Assembly (NCBI RefSeq): GCF_000341395.1
Contig: NC_020304.1
Location: 720,001 to 752,000, forward strand
Direction of reading: 5' to 3'
Length of the DNA: 32,000 nucleotides
From: Desulfocapsa sulfexigens DSM 10523
Lineage (GTDB): Bacteria; Desulfobacterota; Desulfobulbia; Desulfobulbales; Desulfocapsaceae
Positions 15,246-25,398 of this stretch are shown here, piece after piece. Under the pieces are notes generated by a model. It searched no databases. It saw only the letters and a list, made by a program, of their open reading frames with translations, and was not told where the DNA came from. Positions within the stretch are counted from its first letter, which is position 1, and every line of letters starts with the position of its first letter. A program made the position numbers and the translations under genes.

Positions 15246-16670
15246 TCAGCCTCTGAATGGCTGGGAACTCACCTTGAAACGCTGCATCAGGCGCTGGAAT
15301 GACTGCCGCCCCAATCCACTTTCACGAGCTGCAGCAGAAACATTCCCATTACTCATAGTCAGAGCTCTTTCCAGATAGGTCGAAGTGAAAGTAACCATCA
15401 CTTCTTCTTTTGCTTCGTTATAGGGAAGCTGATACACACACACAGGAACCTCAACTCCTCTTTTATCTTTCAAACCGTCCTCTTCCAGCTCTTCCGGGCT
15501 AAGAAGATCCTTGGGGGTGATTATATCGCCAGGGGTGAGCAGAACAGCGCGATTGATCCGGTTCTGCAGCTCACGGACATTCCCCTTCCACTCTCTGCGC
15601 TCCAGACATTTCAGTGCCTCCTGAGAAAATTCCATGCCTTCCCGGTGGTACTCCTGCACATAAATATTGAAAAAATGAAGCGCCAGCAGAGGTATATCTT
15701 CCCGTATCTCTTCCAGTGAAGGCATGGTAACCGTCATCACATTTAGACGATAAAAGAGGTCTTCCCGGAATTCTCCTCGCTCCATCTTCGCTTCAAGGTC
15801 CTGGTTGGTTGATGCAAGTACTCTAACGTCAACTTTCACAGTACTGGTCTGCCCCAGAGGCTGTATTTCTTTTTCCTGCAGGACACGCAGCAGTTTGGTC
15901 TGGAGTGAAACGGGAATATCGGCGATTTCATCAAGCAGGATCGTGGAACCCGACGCCTCAAGGAAGAGTCCGTCTTTATCATGATCAGCTCCGGTGAATG
16001 CGCCCTTGGCGTATCCAAAAAGCTCGCTCTCCAGGATCTGTTCGGGCAGAGCTGGACAGTTCACCGTGATCATTCTTTTCTTTCCGCGATTGCTCATTTT
16101 ATGAATGGTCCTGGCTGCGACTTCTTTCCCGGTTCCGGACTCTCCACGAATCAGGACTGTTGCGTCACTCTGCCCCAGTCTGGTCAGAAGATCTATTGCC
16201 CGTTGCAGGGGAACACTCTGACCGATAAACTCAGTGGTTTTGTCACTTTTTTGCAGCTCCTTATGCAATTGCTGATTCTCACGAAGCAGTTGTGTACGCT
16301 CAAATGCACGCAGAATAATCAAACTGATTTTGGAGTTATCAAAAGGTTTTTCAAGAAAATCGTAAGCCCCGTTTTTTAGAGCTGTCACCGCCATTTCTAT
16401 GGTTCCATAGCCCGTCATGATCACGACACTGATGGTTCTGTCTAATTCAGACACCCTGCTCAAGAGCTGCAGACCATCCATGTCAGGCATAACAATATCT
16501 GTCATGATCACATCCGGATGCCAGGATGCGATTTTCTCCAGAGCTTCCTTACCGGACCGGGCAATGGCCACATCGCACCCACATTTTTTTCCTAGAACCT
16601 TGCGCAAAAGAATCAGCAAATCCTTTTCATCATCTACTATCAATAACCGCCTGTTCTTGTCGGCCTCCAT
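15246..16670 (-). CDS. Sigma-54-dependent response regulator (NtrC family: REC - AAA+ - Fis-type HTH)
   Basis: Receiver domain (LLIVDDE..., VIMTDIVMPDMDG). Walker A GESGTGKE. The exact sigma-54 contact motif GAFTGA. C-terminal HTH GNVSAAARESGLGRQSFQRLMQRF. Confidence 0.92.
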   Translation of the reverse strand: MEADKNRRLLIVDDEKDLLILLRKVLGKKCGCDVAIARSGKEALEKIASWHPDVIMTDIVMPDMDGLQLLSRVSELDRTISVVIMTGYGTIEMAVTALKNGAYDFLEKPFDNSKISLIILRAFERTQLLRENQQLHKELQKSDKTTEFIGQSVPLQRAIDLLTRLGQSDATVLIRGESGTGKEVAARTIHKMSNRGKKRMITVNCPALPEQILESELFGYAKGAFTGADHDKDGLFLEASGSTILLDEIADIPVSLQTKLLRVLQEKEIQPLGQTSTVKVDVRVLASTNQDLEAKMERGEFREDLFYRLNVMTVTMPSLEEIREDIPLLALHFFNIYVQEYHREGMEFSQEALKCLERREWKGNVRELQNRINRAVLLTPGDIITPKDLLSPEELEEDGLKDKRGVEVPVCVYQLPYNEAKEEVMVTFTSTYLERALTMSNGNVSAAARESGLGRQSFQRLMQRFKVSSQPFRG

Positions 16671-16675
16671 ACCTT

Positions 16676-17632
16676 CTAGACCTCTCTCGTATCCCGTGTA
16701 GCCTGGAAATATTGCTGTACAAAACGCCCGGATACAGTATCAACAATTGAAAAATGCAGCACATCGCCAGATGGAAATGAATCGGTCAAGGCAAGAAAGA
16801 CATCTCTGGAGATCTTTGTCGATATTGTAGTCAATGTCTTTTTCTTCTCCAAATCTGTAATATTGCGGCAACGCAGAGGACGCCTGTCGCAAATCAGACA
16901 ATTGCCTTCATCTAAAAGAGGGCAAAGATATGTTGAGGCAGATTTTTTCTCAAGCGCTCGTTCAAGAACAGTTTTACGCTTTTCCCGGCTGAGTTGTGAA
17001 TTGATAACATGACTGACATAGACCGCTTCAATCAGTTGCAGATCAAAGGAATGGCTGCAGATCGCCGTGTCAAGCGGAGGGGTGCCAGCCTCGGCAAGCA
17101 ATGCCTCATAATCATGAAAAAATGGCTGCAGATCTATTGTGCTCGGGTTTTCTATAGTTGCCTCCCTTGCATCCAGCTGTCCCTGCTGCTTACTGTATTT
17201 CTTGAGGAGTTTCCACTGACTGTAGTTAGTGGGATTGGCCCTGGTTCCTTTGAGTGTTTTCTCGGTGTACTTAAGAGCCAGCCCCCGTCGTAGAAAATAA
17301 GCGGAGATAAAGGTACCCGTCCGGCCATGCCCGTGACGACAATGAACAAGAACCTTCTTCTTTAAATAAAGAGCTTCATCCAGCCACTCCAATGCCTCTT
17401 TCATTTTCTCCAGATCCGGGGCACACTCATCCGGAGTGGGAAGGAAAAAAACCTCAAAACCAGACTGTTCCTCAATCTCATGCAAATCGGTGAATTCTCC
17501 GCAGAGATTAACTATTGCCCTGACCCCCTGATCCCTGATAGAATCAAGCTCATCGTATGACATGGGTGCATACCCGACTGCCAGCTGGCTGGTTAACCAT
17601 GTAAGTTGATATGACATGTTTTTTTCTTTCAT
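16676..17632 (-). CDS. Dual-specificity (Cys-based, CX5R) phosphatase fused to a Cys-rich YkgJ/UPF0153-like C-terminal module
   Basis: P-loop VHCRHGHGRTGT (HCX5R) in the N-terminal ~150 aa. C-terminal YLCPLLDEGNCLICDRRPLRCR resembles the Zn/Fe-chelating YkgJ-type motif. The ATG lies 1 nt after the upstream stop. Confidence 0.75.
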   Translation of the reverse strand: MKEKNMSYQLTWLTSQLAVGYAPMSYDELDSIRDQGVRAIVNLCGEFTDLHEIEEQSGFEVFFLPTPDECAPDLEKMKEALEWLDEALYLKKKVLVHCRHGHGRTGTFISAYFLRRGLALKYTEKTLKGTRANPTNYSQWKLLKKYSKQQGQLDAREATIENPSTIDLQPFFHDYEALLAEAGTPPLDTAICSHSFDLQLIEAVYVSHVINSQLSREKRKTVLERALEKKSASTYLCPLLDEGNCLICDRRPLRCRNITDLEKKKTLTTISTKISRDVFLALTDSFPSGDVLHFSIVDTVSGRFVQQYFQATRDTREV

Positions 17633-17633
17633 A

Positions 17634-20087
17634 TTAATGAGCAGCCTCCCAAAATAACTTCACTTGTTCCTCAACCATATCCTTGTCTTTCAAGCGCATA
17701 TCCATCAGCTTCGTTACTCCCAGGAGGCGCCCCACAATCTGCAGCTTTTGCTCCATCACCTCTCTAGGTATCTGTTGCAGTCTGGCATCGAGTAAATCGC
17801 CCCTGGGAGTGACCTGAAATCCACTCTCCGACAAAATGGCAGTAACATAGTCTATTCGCAGACTCCGGCCGGAAAAATCTCCACCGCCTCCCGCAAAACG
17901 CAACTGACAATAATTTTTGGCCATATCCTGGTCACACATGGCATCAACAAGGGTAAAATGATACCCAAATCGCATATTGAGGTTCACGTAATTACTTCCC
18001 AGCACCGCAAAACTGGCAAATTCCGATGAATCTTTACTGGCAACACCACCAGCCAGTGCAATTTCATCAAAACTTTTCCAATCAAAATGAGATCTTTCCC
18101 CCCACTCCACACTGGGGTGGGTCAATCCCAGCCACAGGGAAAGAAAAGGGGTTGAGGAAATCTCAGCTACGTGGATATCCTTGCCCCCTCCCTTCTTCTC
18201 CTGTAGCCCGCCCCCCACATCCAGCAAAAAAACATCGAGAGGAAGATCGGTACGTAATCTCCGTTTCCCTTTTGACCTGCCACTCCCTCTGTCCCCAAGA
18301 GAAAACATAGTTCGCACCGCCTGCTCATGAGAAAACCGGATAATATCGTGGAGAGAACGACAGGATTCCGGGACAAAGCTTTTGGCCTCCGGATCAAGTA
18401 GATTCAGAGGAGTTACAAATCCAAGAAGACCGTGGAGTCGCCGAAAATAGGGCAGTGCTGCCTGCGTTTCATGGAGCGGTACGGGCTTTTCTTCCGACAA
18501 ACAGTTTCCCTGCCATAATTCCTGAATATCTGCAAAAAGACTTATCTCATCATCATGCTTGATTTTGTTGATGCTGTCCCCTATAGCCAGAAGCAGAGGA
18601 ACTCCAAACTCCCTGCACACTGTGGAAAAATGACCGGCCACAGAACCCAATTCTGCCACCACACCACCAACTTGTTTCAAAATACGGACAGCAGAGGGCA
18701 GGGTCTCTCGTAACACGAGAATTGCCCCCTGAGGTACATTTTCCAGTGGATGTTCAGAATCAACGACGTATGCCAATCCACAGGCCTGGCCCATTGCTGC
18801 TGTCACCCCAGCCTTAAACAGCAGGCGACCTTTGTGAGCCAATGGTTTCGCTGTATTAGCAACGACCATTGTTTCCTGGATGCCAAGAGGCCTGCTTTGC
18901 AAAAAGATAAGACGTCCTTCCCTGGTGATTGACCATTCCACATCCCTTGGTGATTCAAAATACTCTGCAATGCGCTTTCCCTGTTTCTGCAGGTGAGCCA
19001 GTTCCGAATGTGACAGGATCTGGGTGTTTTTGTATTCATTTTCTTCACTGTCTTTCATTGCATAAGACTCAGGAATCACTCGGCCACTGACAAGGGCATC
19101 TCCCTGGCCACGCACAACATGAACAGAAATATCTTTTTGTTTTTTTCCAGATGGTTCGGCGGTATACAAAACACCACTGGCCTTTGCATCCACCATCTCA
19201 AGAACCAGGACAGCCATGGCCGTCTCCTCATCTCCAAGCCCCGAATGAATACGATAGGCCAGAGCTTCAGGACTATATTTACTGCTGATAACCTTGAGCC
19301 AGGCATCAACGATTGTATCCCCGGCTACATTGAGCAGGGTGAGATACTGTCCCGCAAATGAACAGGCTCCATCCTCACTGAGACAGCTGCTACGCACTGC
19401 TACAAGCGGATCATTTTCAAACTCAGCGGGGAACTTTTTCCAGGACGCAGTAATTGCTTCACTGATTTCAGCAGGAATATCGCCTTCCATAATCAAATCC
19501 ACCAGCTTAGCAGAGGCCTTCACCAGGCTCTGGGGGTTCACACTTTTGATGCTGCAGAGAATGTCATCAACGGGCCTGCGAAGATCATTATAGGCCATAA
19601 AATAGTTGAAGCTATTTGCTGTAATCACAAAGCCCTTAGGCGTAGGGAGGTTAAGTTCTGAACTGAGTGTCGCCAACTGTGAAGCCTTTCCCCCGACAAG
19701 ATCATCCCGTCCGGCTCCTTCCTGTAGAGAACAGACAAAGGGAGGAGAACTGTTCAGTTGGGGGGGGGCCAGCAGAAATTTACTGTAAAAATCAAATTTT
19801 TTATAATAGCTTCTCAGGGTCACATGGGCCCCGGGAGCCATTTTTTCGAGACTGTCCACCATCCCCAGAACATTTGCCGAGAAACTTTCGTAGCGTTTAC
19901 GAATGCTGCTGAAATCTTCTTTAATCCCTAGGTAGTACAAAGCCTCAAGCTCCGCCATCTCCTCATGGGTCCTCCCGTCATACTCGAGAAGTTCCTGAAA
20001 GGACTCATACGTTGAGCGCAATACTGCTCCCGGAGCAAAAACTCTGTATGTCCAATATTTAAACAAATTATTAACCAGCATCAGCAA
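17634..20087 (-). CDS. PEP-utilising-enzyme-like dikinase (ATP-grasp PPDK_N domain + swivelling phosphohistidine domain + unassigned C-terminal domain)
   Basis: GGKASQLATLS...PKGFVITANSF is the nucleotide-binding domain of PEP synthase/PPDK-type enzymes. The central mobile domain carries the catalytic-His motif GSVAGHFSTVCREFGVPLL. I cannot recognise the last ~300 aa as the PEP/pyruvate TIM barrel. Start is TTG 20087 or ATG 20081. Confidence 0.8.
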   Translation of the reverse strand: MLMLVNNLFKYWTYRVFAPGAVLRSTYESFQELLEYDGRTHEEMAELEALYYLGIKEDFSSIRKRYESFSANVLGMVDSLEKMAPGAHVTLRSYYKKFDFYSKFLLAPPQLNSSPPFVCSLQEGAGRDDLVGGKASQLATLSSELNLPTPKGFVITANSFNYFMAYNDLRRPVDDILCSIKSVNPQSLVKASAKLVDLIMEGDIPAEISEAITASWKKFPAEFENDPLVAVRSSCLSEDGACSFAGQYLTLLNVAGDTIVDAWLKVISSKYSPEALAYRIHSGLGDEETAMAVLVLEMVDAKASGVLYTAEPSGKKQKDISVHVVRGQGDALVSGRVIPESYAMKDSEENEYKNTQILSHSELAHLQKQGKRIAEYFESPRDVEWSITREGRLIFLQSRPLGIQETMVVANTAKPLAHKGRLLFKAGVTAAMGQACGLAYVVDSEHPLENVPQGAILVLRETLPSAVRILKQVGGVVAELGSVAGHFSTVCREFGVPLLLAIGDSINKIKHDDEISLFADIQELWQGNCLSEEKPVPLHETQAALPYFRRLHGLLGFVTPLNLLDPEAKSFVPESCRSLHDIIRFSHEQAVRTMFSLGDRGSGRSKGKRRLRTDLPLDVFLLDVGGGLQEKKGGGKDIHVAEISSTPFLSLWLGLTHPSVEWGERSHFDWKSFDEIALAGGVASKDSSEFASFAVLGSNYVNLNMRFGYHFTLVDAMCDQDMAKNYCQLRFAGGGGDFSGRSLRIDYVTAILSESGFQVTPRGDLLDARLQQIPREVMEQKLQIVGRLLGVTKLMDMRLKDKDMVEEQVKLFWEAAH
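19760..19768. repeat. G9 (C9 on the coding strand) homopolymer inside the dikinase-like gene
   Basis: Plus strand is ggggggggg. It encodes A-P-P-Q (GCC CCC CCC CAA) at codons 107-110 of 817. Confidence 0.95.
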
Positions 20088-20359
20088 TCACGCAATAGCT
20101 ACAGGGAGGATACGAAAGGATGCCCTCTCAAAACCTTTTTCAGCTTCTTTGTTGCTCTACATTATTACTATACGAAAACACAGATCAACCCAATAGTTTT
20201 ATGTTTATGCTCACTGATAAATTTACAGTGCCACTCCCACCCAACTCAATCCAGCCCAAAAATACGGTTTTTCTTCGGTTTTAATGGAATCTATTTCTCT
20301 GCCATTGTATGGTAATCTTCATTAACCAGTAAGAGATAACACGGTGGGGTCTTATCTGA

Positions 20360-21517
<1,158 letters not shown>

Positions 21518-21581
21518 TTATCCTGACAAATTCAGAACATAAATTAACACATTTACCTTATCGATATTTGGAGGAACAACC

Positions 21582-21923
21582 ATGACAGGAGTCGCATACG
21601 CAGCAGGTGGTGGAGCAGCTGGTGGAGCCGGAGGCATAGCCTCTTTTATCCCCCTCATTCTTATATTCGGTGTTTTTTACTTTATGCTTATCAGACCTCA
21701 GCAGAGGCAGGCAAAACTGCAGCAGCAGTTTCTCAACGAGCTGAAAAACGGTGCCAAAGTTGTCACCAAGGGTGGAATCCACGGAACCATCACCGGTCTG
21801 ACCGACAGTGTTGTTACACTGGAAATTGCTGACAATGTACGTATCAAAGTTTCCCGTTCATCCATTGGCAGCCCACTTACAAAAGACGGCGCCCCTGCCC
21901 CTATACAAAAAGCGGGTGGTTGA
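21582..21923 (+). CDS. yajC: Preprotein translocase subunit YajC
   Basis: GGAGG SD. One TM helix followed by FMLIRPQQRQAK and the GDxVVT-like segment KVVTKGGIHGTITG. Conserved position directly after tgt. Confidence 0.9.
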   Translation: MTGVAYAAGGGAAGGAGGIASFIPLILIFGVFYFMLIRPQQRQAKLQQQFLNELKNGAKVVTKGGIHGTITGLTDSVVTLEIADNVRIKVSRSSIGSPLTKDGAPAPIQKAGG

Positions 21924-21966
21924 GGGATCGGCGGCTGCTGATTTTCTACAGGCTGTAGAACAGAGT

Positions 21967-22005
21967 AAAAAGGCAGGATTTCCGACAGAAAATCCTGCCT
22001 TTTTT
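21967..22005. terminator. Bidirectional Rho-independent terminator between the convergent yajC and AsmA-like genes
   Basis: AAAAAGGCAGGATTT-ccgacaga-AAATCCTGCCTTTTTT forms an 11-bp perfect stem flanked by an A-run and a T-run. Confidence 0.75.
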
Positions 22006-22019
22006 GAATAACCAAGTTT

Positions 22020-25000
22020 CTACTTATTCGTCTCACCTTCAATCATCAACTCTTCCTCATCAGGCGTCCAGCCATTCTCCTGAAAATCAACCTCATCATC
22101 CACATCAAAAACAGTGGAAACCAAATGGGCCGGCAGGGCCAATGTTCGGTAGAGAATCTGAAAGGGAACAGATGCAACCTCCCGGAAGGTTGAGTACTCT
22201 ACTTTAGGATCAAACAAATCTCCTGATAACTCGACCATAATAGAAGGCTTCTTCTTTTTTCCTACAAGGATGTACCCCACCAGAGGTATCTTGTTCACAT
22301 TCTTTTTCGCCCCCGTAATGAGATTCAAATCCATATCCAGCGACTGCTTCGGTACATCGAGCCAACCGGTCCCCCGAATCGTCATTTCCGGGGAATCGAG
22401 TCCCAGAGTTTCAAATGTTGCCACACCTTCCTTCATCTTTATACCAGCGACAATCCTGTCCACGGCGAGTCCCGTTGTACTGTATGACGGCAGGCTGAAG
22501 GTCACAAGAGCCGGGATAGTGTTTATCATTGAAAGAATATTGTTTAATGATTTAAACTCCTTCAAAACAGTGTTCTTTATCTTGGCAATTGCTGTAAAAT
22601 CATTCCAGGCTCCCTTTGCCACCATACTCATACTTCCACCGTGAAATTCAGAGGCTGGAAACAGACCATTCATAAAAACATCGTTCAACCCCTCTCCTGT
22701 CAGTGAAAAAGTCTTCCCTTCACCCTCCAAAGAAATACGTCCAGTTGCCCCATGGAGCAACTGAAGAGTTCCCTGACCATCACCGTACTGCAAAGTAATT
22801 GTATCGGCCAGAAGCTGTCTTTCCGGTGAGAAAAAAAGACCAGTTTCACTGGAATCAAGAGTGACGGCAATCCTGTTTTGCTCACCGGAATCGGTCTCCA
22901 TGATTCCCGGGATATCTTTCAAGAGCTTTAAAATGGCAGGGACATTAAACGTGAGACCCTTTGAGACAATGTTAATTTTATCATCGTAGACAAGATTCAA
23001 TGTTTCGTTGACTGTTGCCCTTATGCCATTCGCACCCGCTTCTCCCTCTATCTGATATCGATCCACAGGCACTGCATCCTGAGCAAGCAACGCGTAGTCA
23101 TAGGGAATATCAGCAGAAAAACGGTACCCGCCACCATCCTTTGACCCAATTATGAGCATCCCATTTTTCACAAGATACTGTTGTAAAATTGGAGAATGGT
23201 CATACACAGCAGCCAGGTTTCTAAGCTGAAGGGACCACTCTCTCCCTTCTCGAACGCTCACTTCCACTTCCAATTCAGGAACTTTGAGGAGCAGGTTCGC
23301 CTCATTCCCGTCGACCTCGACTGATATGGCCCTGTTCGGGTTGAAAAAACGACCGACACTCTTCTCCTGTATGTTGAACTCTTCGAGGAGAAATTCCCCA
23401 TGTTGACTAAGGTAGTTGAAGCTTCCTGATACGATACCACCGAAGACCTCACCGTAGTCGACTCCAGCTCCTGTTACTGAAAAAAGAGTATCGGAAAATT
23501 TAAATTCGGCAGGAGAAAGGGTGACTGGAACATCATTTAAGAGCCATTGCGACTCCTTCACGCTTCGAACAGTCAAGCCTTTGTCATACTGAATAATGAG
23601 ACCATCAAGCCTGTCCTGGAGTTTCAAATCATTTATACGACAATGGACAACGGTAGAGAGTAAATCCATTCGCTGCTCTTTCAGTGAAAATGTCCCGGAT
23701 ATTTCCGTTGAAATGAACGGAGGAACCGAAAGAGACAGGGCTGAAACACGGCCCGATAGATCATCCGGTGAAAAGGAGGTACTAAAAGAGCCGATGTTCA
23801 AAGGCAGCCCACCTATGTTCCATGAAGATGCCTCGGCGGTAACTGTTGCCATTCCTGGACTCATTGTATAACGAAGCTTTGGTTTTGTTTCTTCTCCATT
23901 AAGAACCAATTGTGACTTCCCGACTGCAACTGCGCATTCCTGCAGACTGATATCCAGATCTCCATTTGCTGTTGAAGCATCATATACTCCTGTGATATCA
24001 ACCACAAACATCTGTTCCAGACTGACCTCCAGCTGCTCAAAAGTGATCCTGTTGGTATCAAGAAGAATCCTGGCGTCCTTCACACCATAATTTGCGCCGG
24101 AATAGTCCACACGACCATCGTTAATCTGGAAAACACCATGAGCTGTTACAAGTTCTGATTTCAGATTTATAGAAAGCGTTAAATCTACGTCTGTTTCTCC
24201 TTCTGTCTGAAGAACCGGTAAGGGAATATTATAATAGTTCAACACGTTTACAATATCCTGATTAGCCCTTGCATGGGTCAGAATATGGGCTGTGAGGAGA
24301 ATATTGTCAGGATCATTAAAATTAATATCCAACCATGATTTTTCGCCATCCTGTCCGTAGAAGCTGGAATTATGGGGGGTTATAATAAGGACACCCTTCT
24401 TGAAAAGCACATCGGCATACTCTGACTGTATTGCATCAAGTCCTGGGGCAAAGCTATACTGACATTCGTCCACCCTGACTTCTGCTACAAAAGTCTCAGC
24501 CAGAACCATGGGGTTCTTCCAGGGAAAACTTCCTGCAAAAGATTTCAGGCTATAACGAGTTCCACTCAGGTAATCGGTGATCCACTTTTGGATGGAAAAT
24601 TCAAGGCCGAAAAGATCAACAAATGGAGTAATATCTGTGATTTTACCAGCCTCTACCCCCTTAAAAGAAAGTTGTTCCTGATCAAAGATAAAGGAAAGAT
24701 TCACTGGCAAAGAGTCGGCAAGATTTACGGTAAATTCACCACTTCCCCATGCAGAATCCAGATCCAGACGTACAACACCGGCTGCCTGAGAGTGAAATTT
24801 GTCACTTTTGATTTTTGGTATATCAGCAATCAGGACGCCCTCTTCCAGCCTGACGATCCCCCTCACATCAACTTCCTGACTGGAAAGAGTAAACTGAGCC
24901 AAAGAGGACTCATACAACAGACTGCCCTCCATACCGCCACCACTGATAGTCGCAATGGAGATCCGTGAGAACAAAAGATCAATACAGCGGACAAGAGGCA

Positions 25001-25256
25001 CGATTGCATTCATAAAGCTGAGATCGTGCGGAGCTCCGTTCCCATCACCATCCTGCAAAGATGCAACAAACAGACGTTCTATATCCAATTCCAGTTTGGC
25101 ATTCCACTGGAGTGACACATTGCTGAATGTCACAGGGCCAGCGCTCAGAGATTTGACATGCATTCCCTTTTTCAGAAACAATCCGCCGGCAATGAGCAAA
25201 ACGCCGCACAGGACAAGGATAGTTAGAAAAAAACGTTTCATTTTTTTTCTTCCCAT
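22020..25256 (-). CDS. AsmA/YhdP-like large envelope protein (N-terminal membrane anchor, long beta-rich periplasmic body)
   Basis: 1078 aa. N-terminal anchor MKRFFLTILVLCGVLLIAGGLF. Repetitive beta-strand-rich sequence. The C-terminal block GTGWLDVPKQSLDMDLNLITGAKKNVNKIPLVGYIL resembles the AsmA-like C-terminal region. The start could be the second ATG (25241). Confidence 0.6.
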   Translation of the reverse strand: MGRKKMKRFFLTILVLCGVLLIAGGLFLKKGMHVKSLSAGPVTFSNVSLQWNAKLELDIERLFVASLQDGDGNGAPHDLSFMNAIVPLVRCIDLLFSRISIATISGGGMEGSLLYESSLAQFTLSSQEVDVRGIVRLEEGVLIADIPKIKSDKFHSQAAGVVRLDLDSAWGSGEFTVNLADSLPVNLSFIFDQEQLSFKGVEAGKITDITPFVDLFGLEFSIQKWITDYLSGTRYSLKSFAGSFPWKNPMVLAETFVAEVRVDECQYSFAPGLDAIQSEYADVLFKKGVLIITPHNSSFYGQDGEKSWLDINFNDPDNILLTAHILTHARANQDIVNVLNYYNIPLPVLQTEGETDVDLTLSINLKSELVTAHGVFQINDGRVDYSGANYGVKDARILLDTNRITFEQLEVSLEQMFVVDITGVYDASTANGDLDISLQECAVAVGKSQLVLNGEETKPKLRYTMSPGMATVTAEASSWNIGGLPLNIGSFSTSFSPDDLSGRVSALSLSVPPFISTEISGTFSLKEQRMDLLSTVVHCRINDLKLQDRLDGLIIQYDKGLTVRSVKESQWLLNDVPVTLSPAEFKFSDTLFSVTGAGVDYGEVFGGIVSGSFNYLSQHGEFLLEEFNIQEKSVGRFFNPNRAISVEVDGNEANLLLKVPELEVEVSVREGREWSLQLRNLAAVYDHSPILQQYLVKNGMLIIGSKDGGGYRFSADIPYDYALLAQDAVPVDRYQIEGEAGANGIRATVNETLNLVYDDKINIVSKGLTFNVPAILKLLKDIPGIMETDSGEQNRIAVTLDSSETGLFFSPERQLLADTITLQYGDGQGTLQLLHGATGRISLEGEGKTFSLTGEGLNDVFMNGLFPASEFHGGSMSMVAKGAWNDFTAIAKIKNTVLKEFKSLNNILSMINTIPALVTFSLPSYSTTGLAVDRIVAGIKMKEGVATFETLGLDSPEMTIRGTGWLDVPKQSLDMDLNLITGAKKNVNKIPLVGYILVGKKKKPSIMVELSGDLFDPKVEYSTFREVASVPFQILYRTLALPAHLVSTVFDVDDEVDFQENGWTPDEEELMIEGETNK

Positions 25257-25398
25257 TGGAGAACAAGCCTGCCTTTATTGAAGGTAATGAGATTGGTAAT
25301 ATACATACTAGAGACCTTGGGTTGACACTCGCTCAAAAAGAAGAGGAACAAAAGACAGTATCCAGATTTTATGATTAAAGGAATCACGAAATGCCTTT

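Noticed and set aside
20096-20122. preQ1-riboswitch-like string UAGCUACA...GGGAGG...AAAGG in the tgt upstream region
   Set aside because: It shares only the loop octamer with the Bacillus queC preQ1-I aptamer. There is no 5' partner for a P1 stem and no A-rich tail/pseudoknot arrangement. It lies ~280 nt from tgt, which is not a usual riboswitch target.
20120-20284. 54-aa plus-strand ORF preceded by GGGAGGA in the dikinase/tgt divergent spacer
   Set aside because: It has an SD-like sequence, but the peptide has no motif, no clear hydrophobic or structural pattern, and no supporting evidence. It may be worth a ribosome-profiling look but is not reportable as a gene.
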